DNA of 63,173 bases, counting the filler, from Candidatus Woesearchaeota archaeon (GTDB lineage Archaea; Nanobdellota; Nanobdellia; Pacearchaeales; UBA284): the NCBI GenBank assembly GCA_964354405.1. It is 27 parts of 27 records of this genome, joined end to end, with 100 filler letters (N's around TTAATTAATTAA, not from the genome) between each part and the next. Parts side by side here need not be neighbours in the genome. Positions count along the whole stretch, not along the records: positions 29,023 to 31,286 come from CAYGZP010000020.1; positions 31,387 to 33,541 come from CAYGZP010000021.1; positions 33,642 to 35,742 come from CAYGZP010000022.1; positions 35,843 to 37,785 come from CAYGZP010000023.1; positions 37,886 to 39,752 come from CAYGZP010000024.1; 22 more parts are not named here. One strand, written 5' to 3'. This document shows positions 30,327 to 39,852 of this stretch, in pieces; position 1 is the stretch's first letter, and the number at the start of each line of letters is the position of its first letter. A program made the position numbers and the translations under genes. Under the pieces are notes generated by a model, which saw only the letters and a program-made list of their open reading frames with translations, did not search any database and was not told the DNA's origin.

Positions 30327-30914
30327 TTAGCCTCCAAGCGCCTCTGCGACGAATGCTGCAGTCACCGCAGCGGCGGGGTCGAGCCACGCCATGCCGCCCT
30401 CTTCGAGCGGAGCATGGACGATGCAGATCGTCGTCTCCTGCGCGCACAGCGCCTGCAACGTCTCCAGGAATGTCGCAGCCTTCGGCGGCTCGCCCGAAGG
30501 AGGCTTGACCCCGCCACCCACGGTCGCTGAGATACCAGTGTCTGCAACGTCCCAGGCCGCCTTTGACTGCGGCTGCGCCTTCCCCGCCAGCGTCGCCACA
30601 GTCTCACTCATCCGATCCGGGTCCACCGCCACAACGCCACCCACCTGTAGGTTCGCCCACAGCAGACGTGCCCCGGCGTCATCCTGCTTCACGAGTTCCA
30701 GCAGCAGGAGCTTGCTGGCATCGTCCATCGCATTCCAGAACTCCGCAGCCGTCGCGTCCCGATAGCGGGTCTCCACCACCTGCGGGAGGTTGATGTAGTC
30801 CGCCACGCCCGCCGCATCCATCCCCTCACAGTCCGCCGACCTCGCGATGTAGGCAATGCGCTGCAGGTCGGACGCAGCGCCGTCAGTCCACCATTCCGGT
30901 CTCGTCAGGTCCAT
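30327..30914 (-). CDS. Hypothetical phage protein
   Basis: GGAGGTG ribosome-binding site; tiles with neighbours. Confidence 0.55.
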   Translation of the reverse strand: MDLTRPEWWTDGAASDLQRIAYIARSADCEGMDAAGVADYINLPQVVETRYRDATAAEFWNAMDDASKLLLLELVKQDDAGARLLWANLQVGGVVAVDPDRMSETVATLAGKAQPQSKAAWDVADTGISATVGGGVKPPSGEPPKAATFLETLQALCAQETTICIVHAPLEEGGMAWLDPAAAVTAAFVAEALGG

Positions 30915-31007
30915 CCATCAACACCTCCCGAAGTCCCGCCATAGCTCGCAGGGCGACGGCGGATGCCCGGCGCTCGCGGGGAGCGCGCAGGGTGCGGCTA
31001 TCACCCG

Positions 31008-31175
31008 TCACTTCGCAACCACCCAGCAGGAGCAGATGCCGGCAGCCTCCGCAGCCGCCTTCGCCTCGCCCTCTGTCGCCCAGGTCATAGCTTCGTCAGC
31101 ATCCGTAGTCCAGACGTTGCCCCCGCAGGTACCCTTGAGCCACAGGCCGTTCTCAGCGTCGTAGATGACGTACAT
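31008..31175 (-). CDS. 55-aa hypothetical protein MYVIYDAENGLWLKG...WTTDADEAMTWATEGEA
   Basis: Translated by hand; GGAGG upstream. Confidence 0.45.
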   Translation of the reverse strand: MYVIYDAENGLWLKGTCGGNVWTTDADEAMTWATEGEAKAAAEAAGICSCWVVAK

Positions 31176-31386
31176 TGGTCATCCCTCCATGTTATGCGGC
31201 AGTTACCTGGGCGCTGTTAGCAGCACCCAGGGTCAGGCCCACCACTCCGGGCCCCGCTCCTTCTCCAGTTCCTCGATCCACCAGGGNNNNNNNNNNNNNN
31301 NNNNNNNNNNNNNNNNNNNNNNNNNNNNNNTTAATTAATTAANNNNNNNNNNNNNNNNNNNNNNNNNNNNNNNNNNNNNNNNNNNN

Positions 31387-31477
31387 TAACGATTCCTACA
31401 ATGACTCCAGCGACTAGGCCAGTGAAAGCGCATCTCCACTCGTCACTTGTGCTAGGGAATTTGAAAGGCAGGTCCAT
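31387..31477 (-). CDS. Small membrane protein N-terminus (MDLPFKFPSTSDEWRCAFTGLVAGVIVGIV)
   Basis: Strong GGAGGTGA Shine-Dalgarno; hydrophobic helix. Confidence 0.5.
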
Positions 31478-31566
31478 CTGATCACCTCCTCTTTTTTATG
31501 GTCGCTCCATCACGACTAGGTGTTTCTTAACCAAATAGGCTACCCTAAACACCTCAGATATGCCAC

Positions 31567-32100
31567 TCATTTCTTTACCATGCTCCTAGCCATCTTGGAA
31601 ATATCAACTAGGCCAATATAGTAGTTCAGAGCGCTCACGCTTAGTCCAGTCCAGCTATGAATCTGAGGAATCGTGTAGCCATCTAAAAAGAAATTAGTGA
31701 TCCTAGAGAGTCTGAACAAGTGAGGATACTTGTAGGCTCTGTGAACGACAAGGTAGGCAGTGGCAGGACAGAAGGGAAAAACTCTCTCTCCTCTAGGTGT
31801 CTGTTCTATCTGTTGTTTCAGAGAGTCCACATAGGGAGCGGCTAACGGAATCTCTAGCGGAGGAGTCTTAGAGCTGTGCTTCAATCGCTGGCCTACCTCA
31901 AAAACTAGGTTCTCTTTAGTGATCTGGAACTGCTCTCTCCTGGCTCTTTGGCCTTCTGTCTTTCGGACCGCACTATAGTAGAGCAGAACACAGTAGGCTC
32001 TATGGCTAGGTTTCAGAAAGACTCCCTGCTCCATTCCGTCTAGGAAATCTCTGTCACTTAGAGGCGTCAGTATCTTTCCTTCGTTTCTATACCAAGGCAT
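31567..32100 (-). CDS. Minimal tyrosine recombinase/integrase (catalytic domain only)
   Basis: LLYYSAVRKTE (R), RLKH (K), YPHLFRLSRIT (HxxR), WTGL...NYY (Y). Confidence 0.8.
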   Translation of the reverse strand: MPWYRNEGKILTPLSDRDFLDGMEQGVFLKPSHRAYCVLLYYSAVRKTEGQRARREQFQITKENLVFEVGQRLKHSSKTPPLEIPLAAPYVDSLKQQIEQTPRGERVFPFCPATAYLVVHRAYKYPHLFRLSRITNFFLDGYTIPQIHSWTGLSVSALNYYIGLVDISKMARSMVKK

Positions 32101-32131
32101 ACTTACCCTTTAGGTGAAGGTTCTATTTAAC

Positions 32132-32159
32132 ATTAGCTATTATCACCATAATAGCTAAC
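32132..32159. promoter_or_regulatory. dif-like 11-6-11 inverted repeat ATTAGCTATTA-TCACCA-TAATAGCTAAC
   Basis: Arms match at 10 of 11 positions; about 30 nt upstream of the recombinase start. Confidence 0.6.
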
Positions 32160-32260
32160 GGACATGACTCATGGGCTAATCAAGGCTGATCTGAGCTTCT
32201 TTCAACCTACATATATACATAATAGAATAAGCTATATACCTGAAAGCATAGAGAGTATGC

Positions 32261-32653
32261 TTGATGCCTATGTCGAAACCACAACAAGACCAGGGCTTAG
32301 AGAAAGCAGTCACTAAGCAGATCAGCAACTTCCTTTTTGAGAAGCCAGCGAAGGATGAGACTGGAGAGTTCCTAGATATACGGACCGACATCAACACTAA
32401 GGAGATGTACGCTGCTCTCTCATACTATCGGATTCTAGCCGAGCACTTCAAGTGTAACGCTGCCAGAAGCATAGCGAACATTCTGGAGCGTCTGAACATC
32501 AGTAGCAACCGAGAGGGTAGGCGTGAGGGTGTGATCGCTCTGCTCCAGAAATTGCCTAGTCCTAAGTATCTGCCAGGAGGAATGGATGAGCTCATGCAGA
32601 AGTACCAGAGCGGAGAGTTCCTAAGTGGAGAGCCTAACAAATCAGACACGTAG
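32261..32653 (+). CDS. Conserved-looking archaeal virus protein preceding the ATPase
   Basis: L.ISSNREGRREGV motif; overlaps the ATPase start. Confidence 0.55.
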   Translation: MMPMSKPQQDQGLEKAVTKQISNFLFEKPAKDETGEFLDIRTDINTKEMYAALSYYRILAEHFKCNAARSIANILERLNISSNREGRREGVIALLQKLPSPKYLPGGMDELMQKYQSGEFLSGEPNKSDT

Positions 32654-33389
32654 ACAAATACTTGATAGACCTATAGCCAAGATTGCTGCAGACTTGGACC
32701 GCTTCGAGCCTTTGGCTCCAGGAGAGAATCAGCTTACTCCTGTCAAGATGGTTAAGAAAGCCTACAAGGACAATGAGGTAAAGTTCTTTATCGTCTATGG
32801 ACCTCATGGCTACGGAAAGAGCGCATATCTGGCTAAGTGTCTAGCACAGCTTAACGGCACATGGAACCCTGAAGTCCTAAAGAGGTTCATGGTTTGGAAA
32901 CCTACTATGCTGTGCGATGTCATAGAGTATGTGGAGCAGAGAGGCATTGATGAGCTTATGCTAGGATGCGATGATGCTGGTGTCTGGCTGAACGCTCTAA
33001 AATGGAACCATCCTTTACTGTCTGCATTGACAGAGTATTTTGATGTCATAAGGATGCACTTTCACGGCATAATGTTTACAAGTCCTCTGCCTCTACACGT
33101 GATAAAGAGGATTAGAGGGCTACCTCAGTCAATCAACATCAGAATAGACAAGCTAAGTGACGATCTGATTAAGCCTAGAAGGGCCACTGGCTACACTCAA
33201 TATCTTCTGCCAGACCTGAAACGGACTAGGGTAAAGACGGAGTTCATAGATATGTTTTCTGCCATCATGCCTAAAAAGTTCTATGACTGGTACTTTCCAG
33301 CTAGGAAAGGCTACACAAGTGAGGCTTACGCTCACGTTAAAAATGAGCTGCAGAAGTGGAAGAAGCTGGAGCCTCTAGCAGTTGCATAG
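32625..33389 (+). CDS. P-loop ATPase of archaeal virus/plasmid type
   Basis: Walker A GPHGYGKS, Walker B LGCDDAG, MFTSP. Confidence 0.8.
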   Translation: MESLTNQTRRQILDRPIAKIAADLDRFEPLAPGENQLTPVKMVKKAYKDNEVKFFIVYGPHGYGKSAYLAKCLAQLNGTWNPEVLKRFMVWKPTMLCDVIEYVEQRGIDELMLGCDDAGVWLNALKWNHPLLSALTEYFDVIRMHFHGIMFTSPLPLHVIKRIRGLPQSINIRIDKLSDDLIKPRRATGYTQYLLPDLKRTRVKTEFIDMFSAIMPKKFYDWYFPARKGYTSEAYAHVKNELQKWKKLEPLAVA

Positions 33390-33495
33390 AAAAAGCTATA
33401 TGCTCTTGAGCATATACAAGCATACTGATCTTGTGGTGGAGGCTGAATGACCAACCCTGCCAGAGTGGGATATAATCTAGGAGGATAAAAAAACT

Positions 33496-33541
33496 ATGGC
33501 TAAAGCAGATATGGGTGGACTCTTCGTTACTTTCCTTCTGA
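33496..33541 (+). CDS. Hydrophobic protein start (MAKADMGGLFVTFLL), possible spindle-type capsid protein
   Basis: AGGAGG ribosome-binding site; only 15 codons visible. Confidence 0.3.
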
Positions 33542-33890
33542 NNNNNNNNNNNNNNNNNNNNNNNNNNNNNNNNNNNNNNNNNNNNTTAATTAATTAANNN
33601 NNNNNNNNNNNNNNNNNNNNNNNNNNNNNNNNNNNNNNNNNCCATCGCCATCCTCCCCTACACCGGGCATCCGCAGGCCCGCGACCTGATCTTCGCGTCC
33701 GGCGACTCCCGGCCGAACGACGCCATCGCTTCCCGCAGGCGGACGCAGATCGGCTGCACGAGGTGCGGGGCCTCGCGCTTCGCCCGCTGCACGGCCCGGC
33801 AGAGCTTCGCGGCCTCGTGCATCCGGTCGTTGCGCGACGGGCGAAGGATGAAGCCGAGAGAGGTCTTCCGCATGGCCCTCAACTCCACCT

Positions 33891-34556
33891 CTATCGGCAC
33901 ACGCGGGCCGAAGCCTTGAACCGACGCGCGGCGAACCACTTCGCATCGTGGACCACCTTGCGCAGATGCACTTCCTCGCCCATCGCCGCCGGCTCGGCCT
34001 GCCTGTACTCGCCCATCACGCGATCCCGAATAGCGTCGACCTTGTCCTGCGGCGCGATCCCCTGCTTGGCCTTGCCGTAGAGCTTCGCCCTCTTCAGTTC
34101 GGCCTCGAAGCGGTCCGTGAACCGACGGCGCAGCGCCCCGACCGGTCCCCCGTCCTTCAGCGACCGCTCCGCGGCGATTCTCGCCTCGTGCGCCGCCTTC
34201 TGCTCCTCGAAGTACCTGCGGTGCTCGGCGTGGATCGGGTGCATGGTGCGCGCCGTCTCGTACGCCGAGTCGCCGTAGTCCGCCATCGCCTCCGACTCGT
34301 TGCCGCCTTTCCCGTACAGATCCCACTTGCTCCCGTACGGGCCTTCGACCTCGTTCCCCGAAGCATCGAAGTCGGCGCGGCGGGACTCCAACGTCACCTT
34401 CCCGGGGCGGCAGCAGATGCGCCACTCCCGACGGAACGTGCCCGGATCGCCGGAGACGTGCTCGCGCTTCGGCCCGACGGCGATCGTCGTGCAGCCGCCA
34501 TCGCCCATCTGCCCGAGACACCCGAGGTTGGACATGCACGACATCGTCAACTCCAC
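33891..34556 (-). CDS. Hypothetical protein, high-GC phage
   Basis: GC3-biased frame; tiles with neighbours. Confidence 0.5.
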   Translation of the reverse strand: MELTMSCMSNLGCLGQMGDGGCTTIAVGPKREHVSGDPGTFRREWRICCRPGKVTLESRRADFDASGNEVEGPYGSKWDLYGKGGNESEAMADYGDSAYETARTMHPIHAEHRRYFEEQKAAHEARIAAERSLKDGGPVGALRRRFTDRFEAELKRAKLYGKAKQGIAPQDKVDAIRDRVMGEYRQAEPAAMGEEVHLRKVVHDAKWFAARRFKASARVCR

Positions 34557-35212
34557 CTCGCCTCAAGGAACTCGCACACGAACCGCGCGACCTCCGAAGG
34601 CATCGCGCCCTTCCGGATCGAGATCCACGACAGCCGCAGCATCTTCAGGACCATCGCGACGTCCGCGTCGTCGCAGGCATAGGACTGCTTCATGCTCTGC
34701 GCGATGTGCTCCATGTTCGGGGTCTGCTTCCAGAGCCGCCAGCAGGCGGCGATGCCGGCGCGGTAGCAGACCATCTCGAAGTAGGCCCGCTTCGTCGAGT
34801 TGGTGGCATAGCTGAACTCGTACTCCAGATTCGGGTCCGGCCCCGCGAGCAGGTCCTGGACCCGGTGCTCGTTCTCGTGGACCAGGACCTCGACCTGGTC
34901 ACGGAGCGACCAGATCGGCGTCGGGATGCCCGGCGTGAACGGCACGTAGATCCGCGTGCCGATGGTGGTCACGAACCCGGTCATGAACCTGTCGTCGGCC
35001 ACGATGCCCATCGCGTCGAGCAACTTCGCGATCAGCTTCTGGTCCGCGGCGGTCGCCTTGTCGACGACCGTCGTCCCGTATCGGGCGCACGTCACGCGCC
35101 AGGCCTCGCGCACGTCGTCGGGCGACGGCTCGGCTGGCCGCACCTTGCGCAACTGGAACAGCGGGATGCGGTCGAGGATCTTGAGCATACGACCTTCCTT
35201 CATCGGATGCAC
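34547..35212 (-). CDS. Putative zincin-like metallopeptidase
   Basis: FVTTIGTRIYVP ... VLVHENEH (HExxH) ... YFEMVCY (third ligand E). Confidence 0.6.
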   Translation of the reverse strand: MHPMKEGRMLKILDRIPLFQLRKVRPAEPSPDDVREAWRVTCARYGTTVVDKATAADQKLIAKLLDAMGIVADDRFMTGFVTTIGTRIYVPFTPGIPTPIWSLRDQVEVLVHENEHRVQDLLAGPDPNLEYEFSYATNSTKRAYFEMVCYRAGIAACWRLWKQTPNMEHIAQSMKQSYACDDADVAMVLKMLRLSWISIRKGAMPSEVARFVCEFLEARWS

Positions 35213-35595
35213 TCCTCCGGCACGTACCCGGCGACCTCGACGGGCAGGCCCTCGGACTGGACGCGCTCGATCAGTCGATTCGCCTTCCTGACGCCCTTCG
35301 CATCCTGATCTGCCAGCCCCTTGAACCGCTCCACCATCTCCGGCGTGCTCGATCCGTAGATCGTCGGGTGCGACTCGAAGTGCTTCCAGGCCTCCTCGTT
35401 CTTTGCCGCCCGCTCAGCAAGCATGTCACGGAAGCCACGCAGGTTGCCGACGATGATCTCGGATCGCTTGGAGGCGATGGCGGCGCAGATGCGCTCCTTC
35501 GGGTAGTACATCCGTTCCTGGAGCATGAACGTGTCCAGTTGACTCCGCAGCGTTCGGATGTCGATCTTGGTCCACTTGCGGGTCACCGTACGCAC
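35200..35595 (-). CDS. Hypothetical protein
   Basis: GAGGAG ribosome-binding site; GC3-biased frame. Confidence 0.5.
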   Translation of the reverse strand: MRTVTRKWTKIDIRTLRSQLDTFMLQERMYYPKERICAAIASKRSEIIVGNLRGFRDMLAERAAKNEEAWKHFESHPTIYGSSTPEMVERFKGLADQDAKGVRKANRLIERVQSEGLPVEVAGYVPEECIR

Positions 35596-35901
35596 TCCTC
35601 GTCATCCTCCGGGAGACAAGTGCAACCCTCCACAGTCCGGCAGCACTTCCAGCCCTCGACGCCCAGATCGTCGCAGTCGAGCAGTTCGAGCCACTCGCCG
35701 TCCGCGGAGCAGATTTCCGCGACGTTCCGGTCCTGCGGGCAGNNNNNNNNNNNNNNNNNNNNNNNNNNNNNNNNNNNNNNNNNNNNTTAATTAATTAANN
35801 NNNNNNNNNNNNNNNNNNNNNNNNNNNNNNNNNNNNNNNNNNCGGGACCTTGAAATAACTATATAAAAAAGATTTATAAAGTTTCTTAATTTATTGTTGT
35901 T

Positions 35902-36114
35902 ATGGATGCCGCGACTTTAGAACTATTGGTTGTATTGGCCTTGTTGGCTTGGACACTGCCCTGGAAAGGGGTGGCGATGTGGAAAGCCGCGGGCAAGAAA
36001 CATCTTGTATGGTTCATTGTTTTGTTACTCGTGAACACTTTGGCGATTCTCGACATTCTTTATATCTTTTGGTTTTCTAAGATTGGCGAGAAGAAATTAA
36101 GAAAGAGAAAGTAA
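35902..36114 (+). CDS. DUF5652 family small membrane protein
   Basis: WTLPWKG.AMWKAA....VWFIVLLLVNTLAIL.ILY. Confidence 0.85.
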   Translation: MDAATLELLVVLALLAWTLPWKGVAMWKAAGKKHLVWFIVLLLVNTLAILDILYIFWFSKIGEKKLRKRK

Positions 36115-36189
36115 GTTGACAAAAATCACGACAAAATATATAAAGGTTCTGAGAACTTTCTTTAAAATAATTAAAAGATAGAGATTAAA

Positions 36190-36486
36190 ATGGATTCAAT
36201 TAATCCTATGGGGGGTAAGGAAGGAATGCTTACAATCAGGGATGTTGCTCGTGCAATTAATGCATTAGAAGATGTTCAACTTGATGCTTTTAGCAAATCA
36301 CTTGACAAACGAGTGAGAGATATAGTTGGAGAATTGAACACATTTGCGAATGATTTTAAAATGGATTGTGCCAATATGGTAGCGCCATACGTAGACGAGA
36401 TAAAAGACGTTTGGGAAGGCGTGACTGAATGGTATAATGAAAATGGCAAATTGGGTCCTAAACTAAATAAGATATATTGCTCATAA
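36190..36486 (+). CDS. Hypothetical protein
   Basis: 98-aa ORF downstream of a TATA-like box. Confidence 0.5.
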   Translation: MDSINPMGGKEGMLTIRDVARAINALEDVQLDAFSKSLDKRVRDIVGELNTFANDFKMDCANMVAPYVDEIKDVWEGVTEWYNENGKLGPKLNKIYCS

Positions 36487-36507
36487 ATCTAAAAATCAAT
36501 AACAAAA

Positions 36508-37584
36508 ATGAGCGGAATTTATTCTATTGTAACTGGCACAGGGAGTTATATCCCCGAGATAGCTGTTAAGAATGAACATTTTCTTAAAAATGAATTCTAC
36601 GACAAGGATGGAAAAAAACTAGAAAAATCAAATGAAGAAATTATAAAAAAATTTGAGGAAATAACTGGAATTAAAGAGAGAAGATACGTAAAAGACAATC
36701 TTGTTACGTCTGATATTGCTTATTTCGCAGCAAAAGATGCTTTAGAGTCATCAAAAATTGACAAGGAAACTCTTGATTACATAATTGTAGCTCATAATTT
36801 TGGGGATGTCAGAGCAGACAATAGAAGATCGGATTTTGTCCCAACAATTGCTTCTAGAATTAAATATAAATTAAAGGTAGAAAATCCAAAAACCATTGCT
36901 TATGACATTCCTTTCGGCTGTCCGGGATGGCTGCAAGGCGTGATTCAAGCAAATTATTATATTAAATCAGGGGATGCCAAACGAATTATTGTTATAGGGG
37001 CAGAGATTCTCTCTAGAGTTTCAGATATTCATGACAGAGATAGAATGATATATGCTGACGGAGCGGGAGCGACTATATTTGGAGATGTAGAAAGCGAAAT
37101 GCCTGTAGGAATATTATCTCACGCTGCCAGAAGTGATGCAATTGAACATGCCTATTTATTATGGATGGGCAAGTCTTATGGCCCTAATTATGAAGGCAAT
37201 GAATTATTGCTTAAAATGGATGGCCATAAATTGTATGAGTATGCTTTAAAACATGTCCCAGGAGTTATTAATGAGAGTCTTGAAAAAGCAGGCTTGTCTC
37301 TTGATGATATAAAAAAAGTTATCATACACCAAGCAAATGAAAAGATGGATGAAGCCATCTTAAGACGCGTTTATAGCATGCATGGCAAAAAAGTTCCTGA
37401 GGGTGTTATGCCTATGACTATCTCATGGCTTGGAAATAGTTCAGTTGCTACAATTCCGACAATGCTAGATTTAATGTTGAAAGGGAAATTGAATAATCAT
37501 GAGTTGAAGCCAAGAGACATAATTGTTTTTGCTTCGATAGGCGCGGGCATGAATATTAACTCGGTTGTCTACAAATTTCCTTGA
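36508..37584 (+). CDS. fabH: Beta-ketoacyl-ACP synthase III family protein
   Basis: GTGSYIP, ITGIKERRY, FGCPGW (Cys), ADGAGA, HQAN (His), GNSSVATIP (Asn), GAGM. Confidence 0.92.
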   Translation: MSGIYSIVTGTGSYIPEIAVKNEHFLKNEFYDKDGKKLEKSNEEIIKKFEEITGIKERRYVKDNLVTSDIAYFAAKDALESSKIDKETLDYIIVAHNFGDVRADNRRSDFVPTIASRIKYKLKVENPKTIAYDIPFGCPGWLQGVIQANYYIKSGDAKRIIVIGAEILSRVSDIHDRDRMIYADGAGATIFGDVESEMPVGILSHAARSDAIEHAYLLWMGKSYGPNYEGNELLLKMDGHKLYEYALKHVPGVINESLEKAGLSLDDIKKVIIHQANEKMDEAILRRVYSMHGKKVPEGVMPMTISWLGNSSVATIPTMLDLMLKGKLNNHELKPRDIIVFASIGAGMNINSVVYKFP

Positions 37585-37603
37585 GAAAACTTAGTTGTCT
37601 TAA

Positions 37604-37750
37604 TTATAATCTTATCTTAGAATCTTTTATATTGTCTGAGTGCTGGTCCATGCTTCCATCTTCGAGACACTTCCAGCAAGTGTGTACAGAGCCATCAACT
37701 TCTTTAACTACCCCCTCGCCATGACACTTCGGACAATTCTTGTTTGCCAT
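37604..37750 (-). CDS. 48-aa zinc-ribbon protein MANKNCPKCHGEG...HTCWKCL
   Basis: Translated by hand; two CxxC pairs. Confidence 0.6.
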   Translation of the reverse strand: MANKNCPKCHGEGVVKEVDGSVHTCWKCLEDGSMDQHSDNIKDSKIRL

Positions 37751-37885
37751 TTTATCTTTTTTGCTTACCCCTTAGTATAATTTTANNNNNNNNNNNNNNN
37801 NNNNNNNNNNNNNNNNNNNNNNNNNNNNNTTAATTAATTAANNNNNNNNNNNNNNNNNNNNNNNNNNNNNNNNNNNNNNNNNNNN

Positions 37886-39442
37886 CCCTACGGCTACCCA
37901 GGGGCCGCGCCGTTCGGGATGCAGAGGGCCGACGACGACCGGGAGCGGCGTGACCGCGAGGATCGTCGGGACAAGGAGTGGCGTGAGGACCGCGAGAAGG
38001 CCGAGGCGGCGCAGAAGGCGGCCGACGAGCGCCACCGCCAGGACGCCGAGGCCACCCGCAAGGTGCTCGAGGACATGCGGGCCGAGGGCGCGAAGCGCGA
38101 GGCGGAGCACCGTGAGCAGATCGCGAAACTTGAGCGCGACCGGGCCGAGGCCGAGCACCGCGCGCAAATCGGGAGCGTCACCAGCACGCTCGACGCGCTC
38201 AAGGCGCAGATCGCCGACCTCAAGGACGGCGGGGGGCGAAAGGGCGCGGGCGACTGGACAACGCTGGCCCAGACCTTCGCCCCGATGATCACCTCCTACC
38301 TGACGAACCAACAGACGTCGGCAGCCGACGAGCGGCGGTTCCGGCTCGAGGACGCGACCCGCGAACGCGACCGCATGCTGGCGGACTCGGAGCGCATGAA
38401 CCGGCTCTTCTCGTCGCTCGGTGAGTCGCACACGGCGTCGGCGAAGATGGCGGCAGACCTCATCCAGCGGATGCAGGATCCCAGCGCCATCATGAACATG
38501 ACGCGGCTGGTCAGCGAGACGCTCGGCGGCAACATCCAACTCGTCGGACAGCTGGCGCGCAGCGGGCTGATGGGCAACAAGGGCGGGTCGGACATCCCGT
38601 GGGGCGACCTGCTCGGCCGCGGGCTGGAGATCGGCGGCCAACTCGTAGGGAACATGGCAGACCAGAAGGCGAAGCAGATGGAGATGCTGGCCTCGGCGCA
38701 GATGATGCCGCAGCAGCCGGCGTTCGGCGCGGCGCAGCCTCCGCAGCAGTTGCCGCAGGCGCCGCAGCCGCAGATGCTCCCGCCGACGCCGCAGGGACAG
38801 CAGGGACAGCAGGATCCGCAGCGGGCCGCCGTGGCCCGCCGCGCGCCCATCGTCAAGGCGATGGCCGACGAGATCAACCTGGCGATCCGCGCCGAGGCGC
38901 CGCCGGCCGAGGTCGCGGGCCTGATCGACTCGATGGTCTACGCGGTCCGGCAGCTCGGAATCGAGGACCTGGACCCGAACTCCCGCGAGACGGTGCGCCG
39001 GCTGAGGGACGACCCGGAGAAGGAACTGCTCCGGATGTACCCGCGGGCGAACCCGGCGTACATCCACGCGGTGGCCGAGGCGCTGATGGCGAAGTCGCGC
39101 AGGCCTCTGGCTCCGGTGATTCCGATGACGCGGCCAGCGCAGGCACCGCAGCCGCCGCAGGCGCCCGGGCCGCTCGCGCCGCCGATCCAGGTTCCGCAGC
39201 AGGCCGCGCCGCTGGCCACGCCGCCCGCCGCGCAGGCCCCGGCACCGCCTCCGGCTCCTCCGGCTCCGCAGGCCGCGCCGCAGGTTCCGGCGGCGCCCGC
39301 CCAGGGCCCGATGCCGGCGAAGCGCGGCCGCGGCCGGCCGCGGCACGACGCGCAGCCGCCAGCCGCGCCGCCCCCGGCACCGCCAGCGGCTCCGCCGCCC
39401 GTCCATCCGCCAGCCCCGCCGCCGGCCGCGCCGCAGGCCTAG
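37886..39442 (+). CDS. Coiled-coil plus Pro/Ala/Gln-rich hypothetical protein with AT-hook-like KRGRGRPR (5'-truncated)
   Basis: GC3-biased frame; low-complexity tail. Confidence 0.6.
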   Translation, partial: PYGYPGAAPFGMQRADDDRERRDREDRRDKEWREDREKAEAAQKAADERHRQDAEATRKVLEDMRAEGAKREAEHREQIAKLERDRAEAEHRAQIGSVTSTLDALKAQIADLKDGGGRKGAGDWTTLAQTFAPMITSYLTNQQTSAADERRFRLEDATRERDRMLADSERMNRLFSSLGESHTASAKMAADLIQRMQDPSAIMNMTRLVSETLGGNIQLVGQLARSGLMGNKGGSDIPWGDLLGRGLEIGGQLVGNMADQKAKQMEMLASAQMMPQQPAFGAAQPPQQLPQAPQPQMLPPTPQGQQGQQDPQRAAVARRAPIVKAMADEINLAIRAEAPPAEVAGLIDSMVYAVRQLGIEDLDPNSRETVRRLRDDPEKELLRMYPRANPAYIHAVAEALMAKSRRPLAPVIPMTRPAQAPQPPQAPGPLAPPIQVPQQAAPLATPPAAQAPAPPPAPPAPQAAPQVPAAPAQGPMPAKRGRGRPRHDAQPPAAPPPAPPAAPPPVHPPAPPPAAPQA

Positions 39443-39567
39443 CACCCCTCGCCCTGATTACTTGACAGCCGTCGCCGACCGCGCTAGGTTCGGATCTCAG
39501 GCGATGGCCCGGGGCTTCTGGTTCCCCCCACGGAGGCCCCGGGCAGTCGTCCAGTGGAGGGAACAAG

Positions 39568-39752
39568 TTGACCCACGACGAGGCCCGCACGATCCTTGGC
39601 GTGTCCGCGTTCGACCCGCCCGAGGCCGTGGCGTCCGCGTACAAGAGGCAGGTGTTCGACGTCCACCCGGACCGCAACCCGAACGACCGGAGCGCCGGCG
39701 CGAAGGCCGCGAGGCTCACCGAGGCCTACGCCGTCCTCCGCGGCACGCAGCG
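39568..39752 (+). CDS. DnaJ (J-domain) protein N-terminus
   Basis: ARTILGV....AYKR.....HPDRNP...LTEAYAVL. Confidence 0.85.
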
Positions 39753-39852
39753 NNNNNNNNNNNNNNNNNNNNNNNNNNNNNNNNNNNNNNNNNNNNTTAA
39801 TTAATTAANNNNNNNNNNNNNNNNNNNNNNNNNNNNNNNNNNNNNNNNNNNN

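Noticed and set aside
33658..39719. Long overlapping Arg/Pro/Ala-rich ORFs (e.g. 37838-39445 minus, 33658-34566 minus, 38599-39465 plus)
   Set aside because: Shadow frames of high-GC genes, with low-complexity translations and no motifs.
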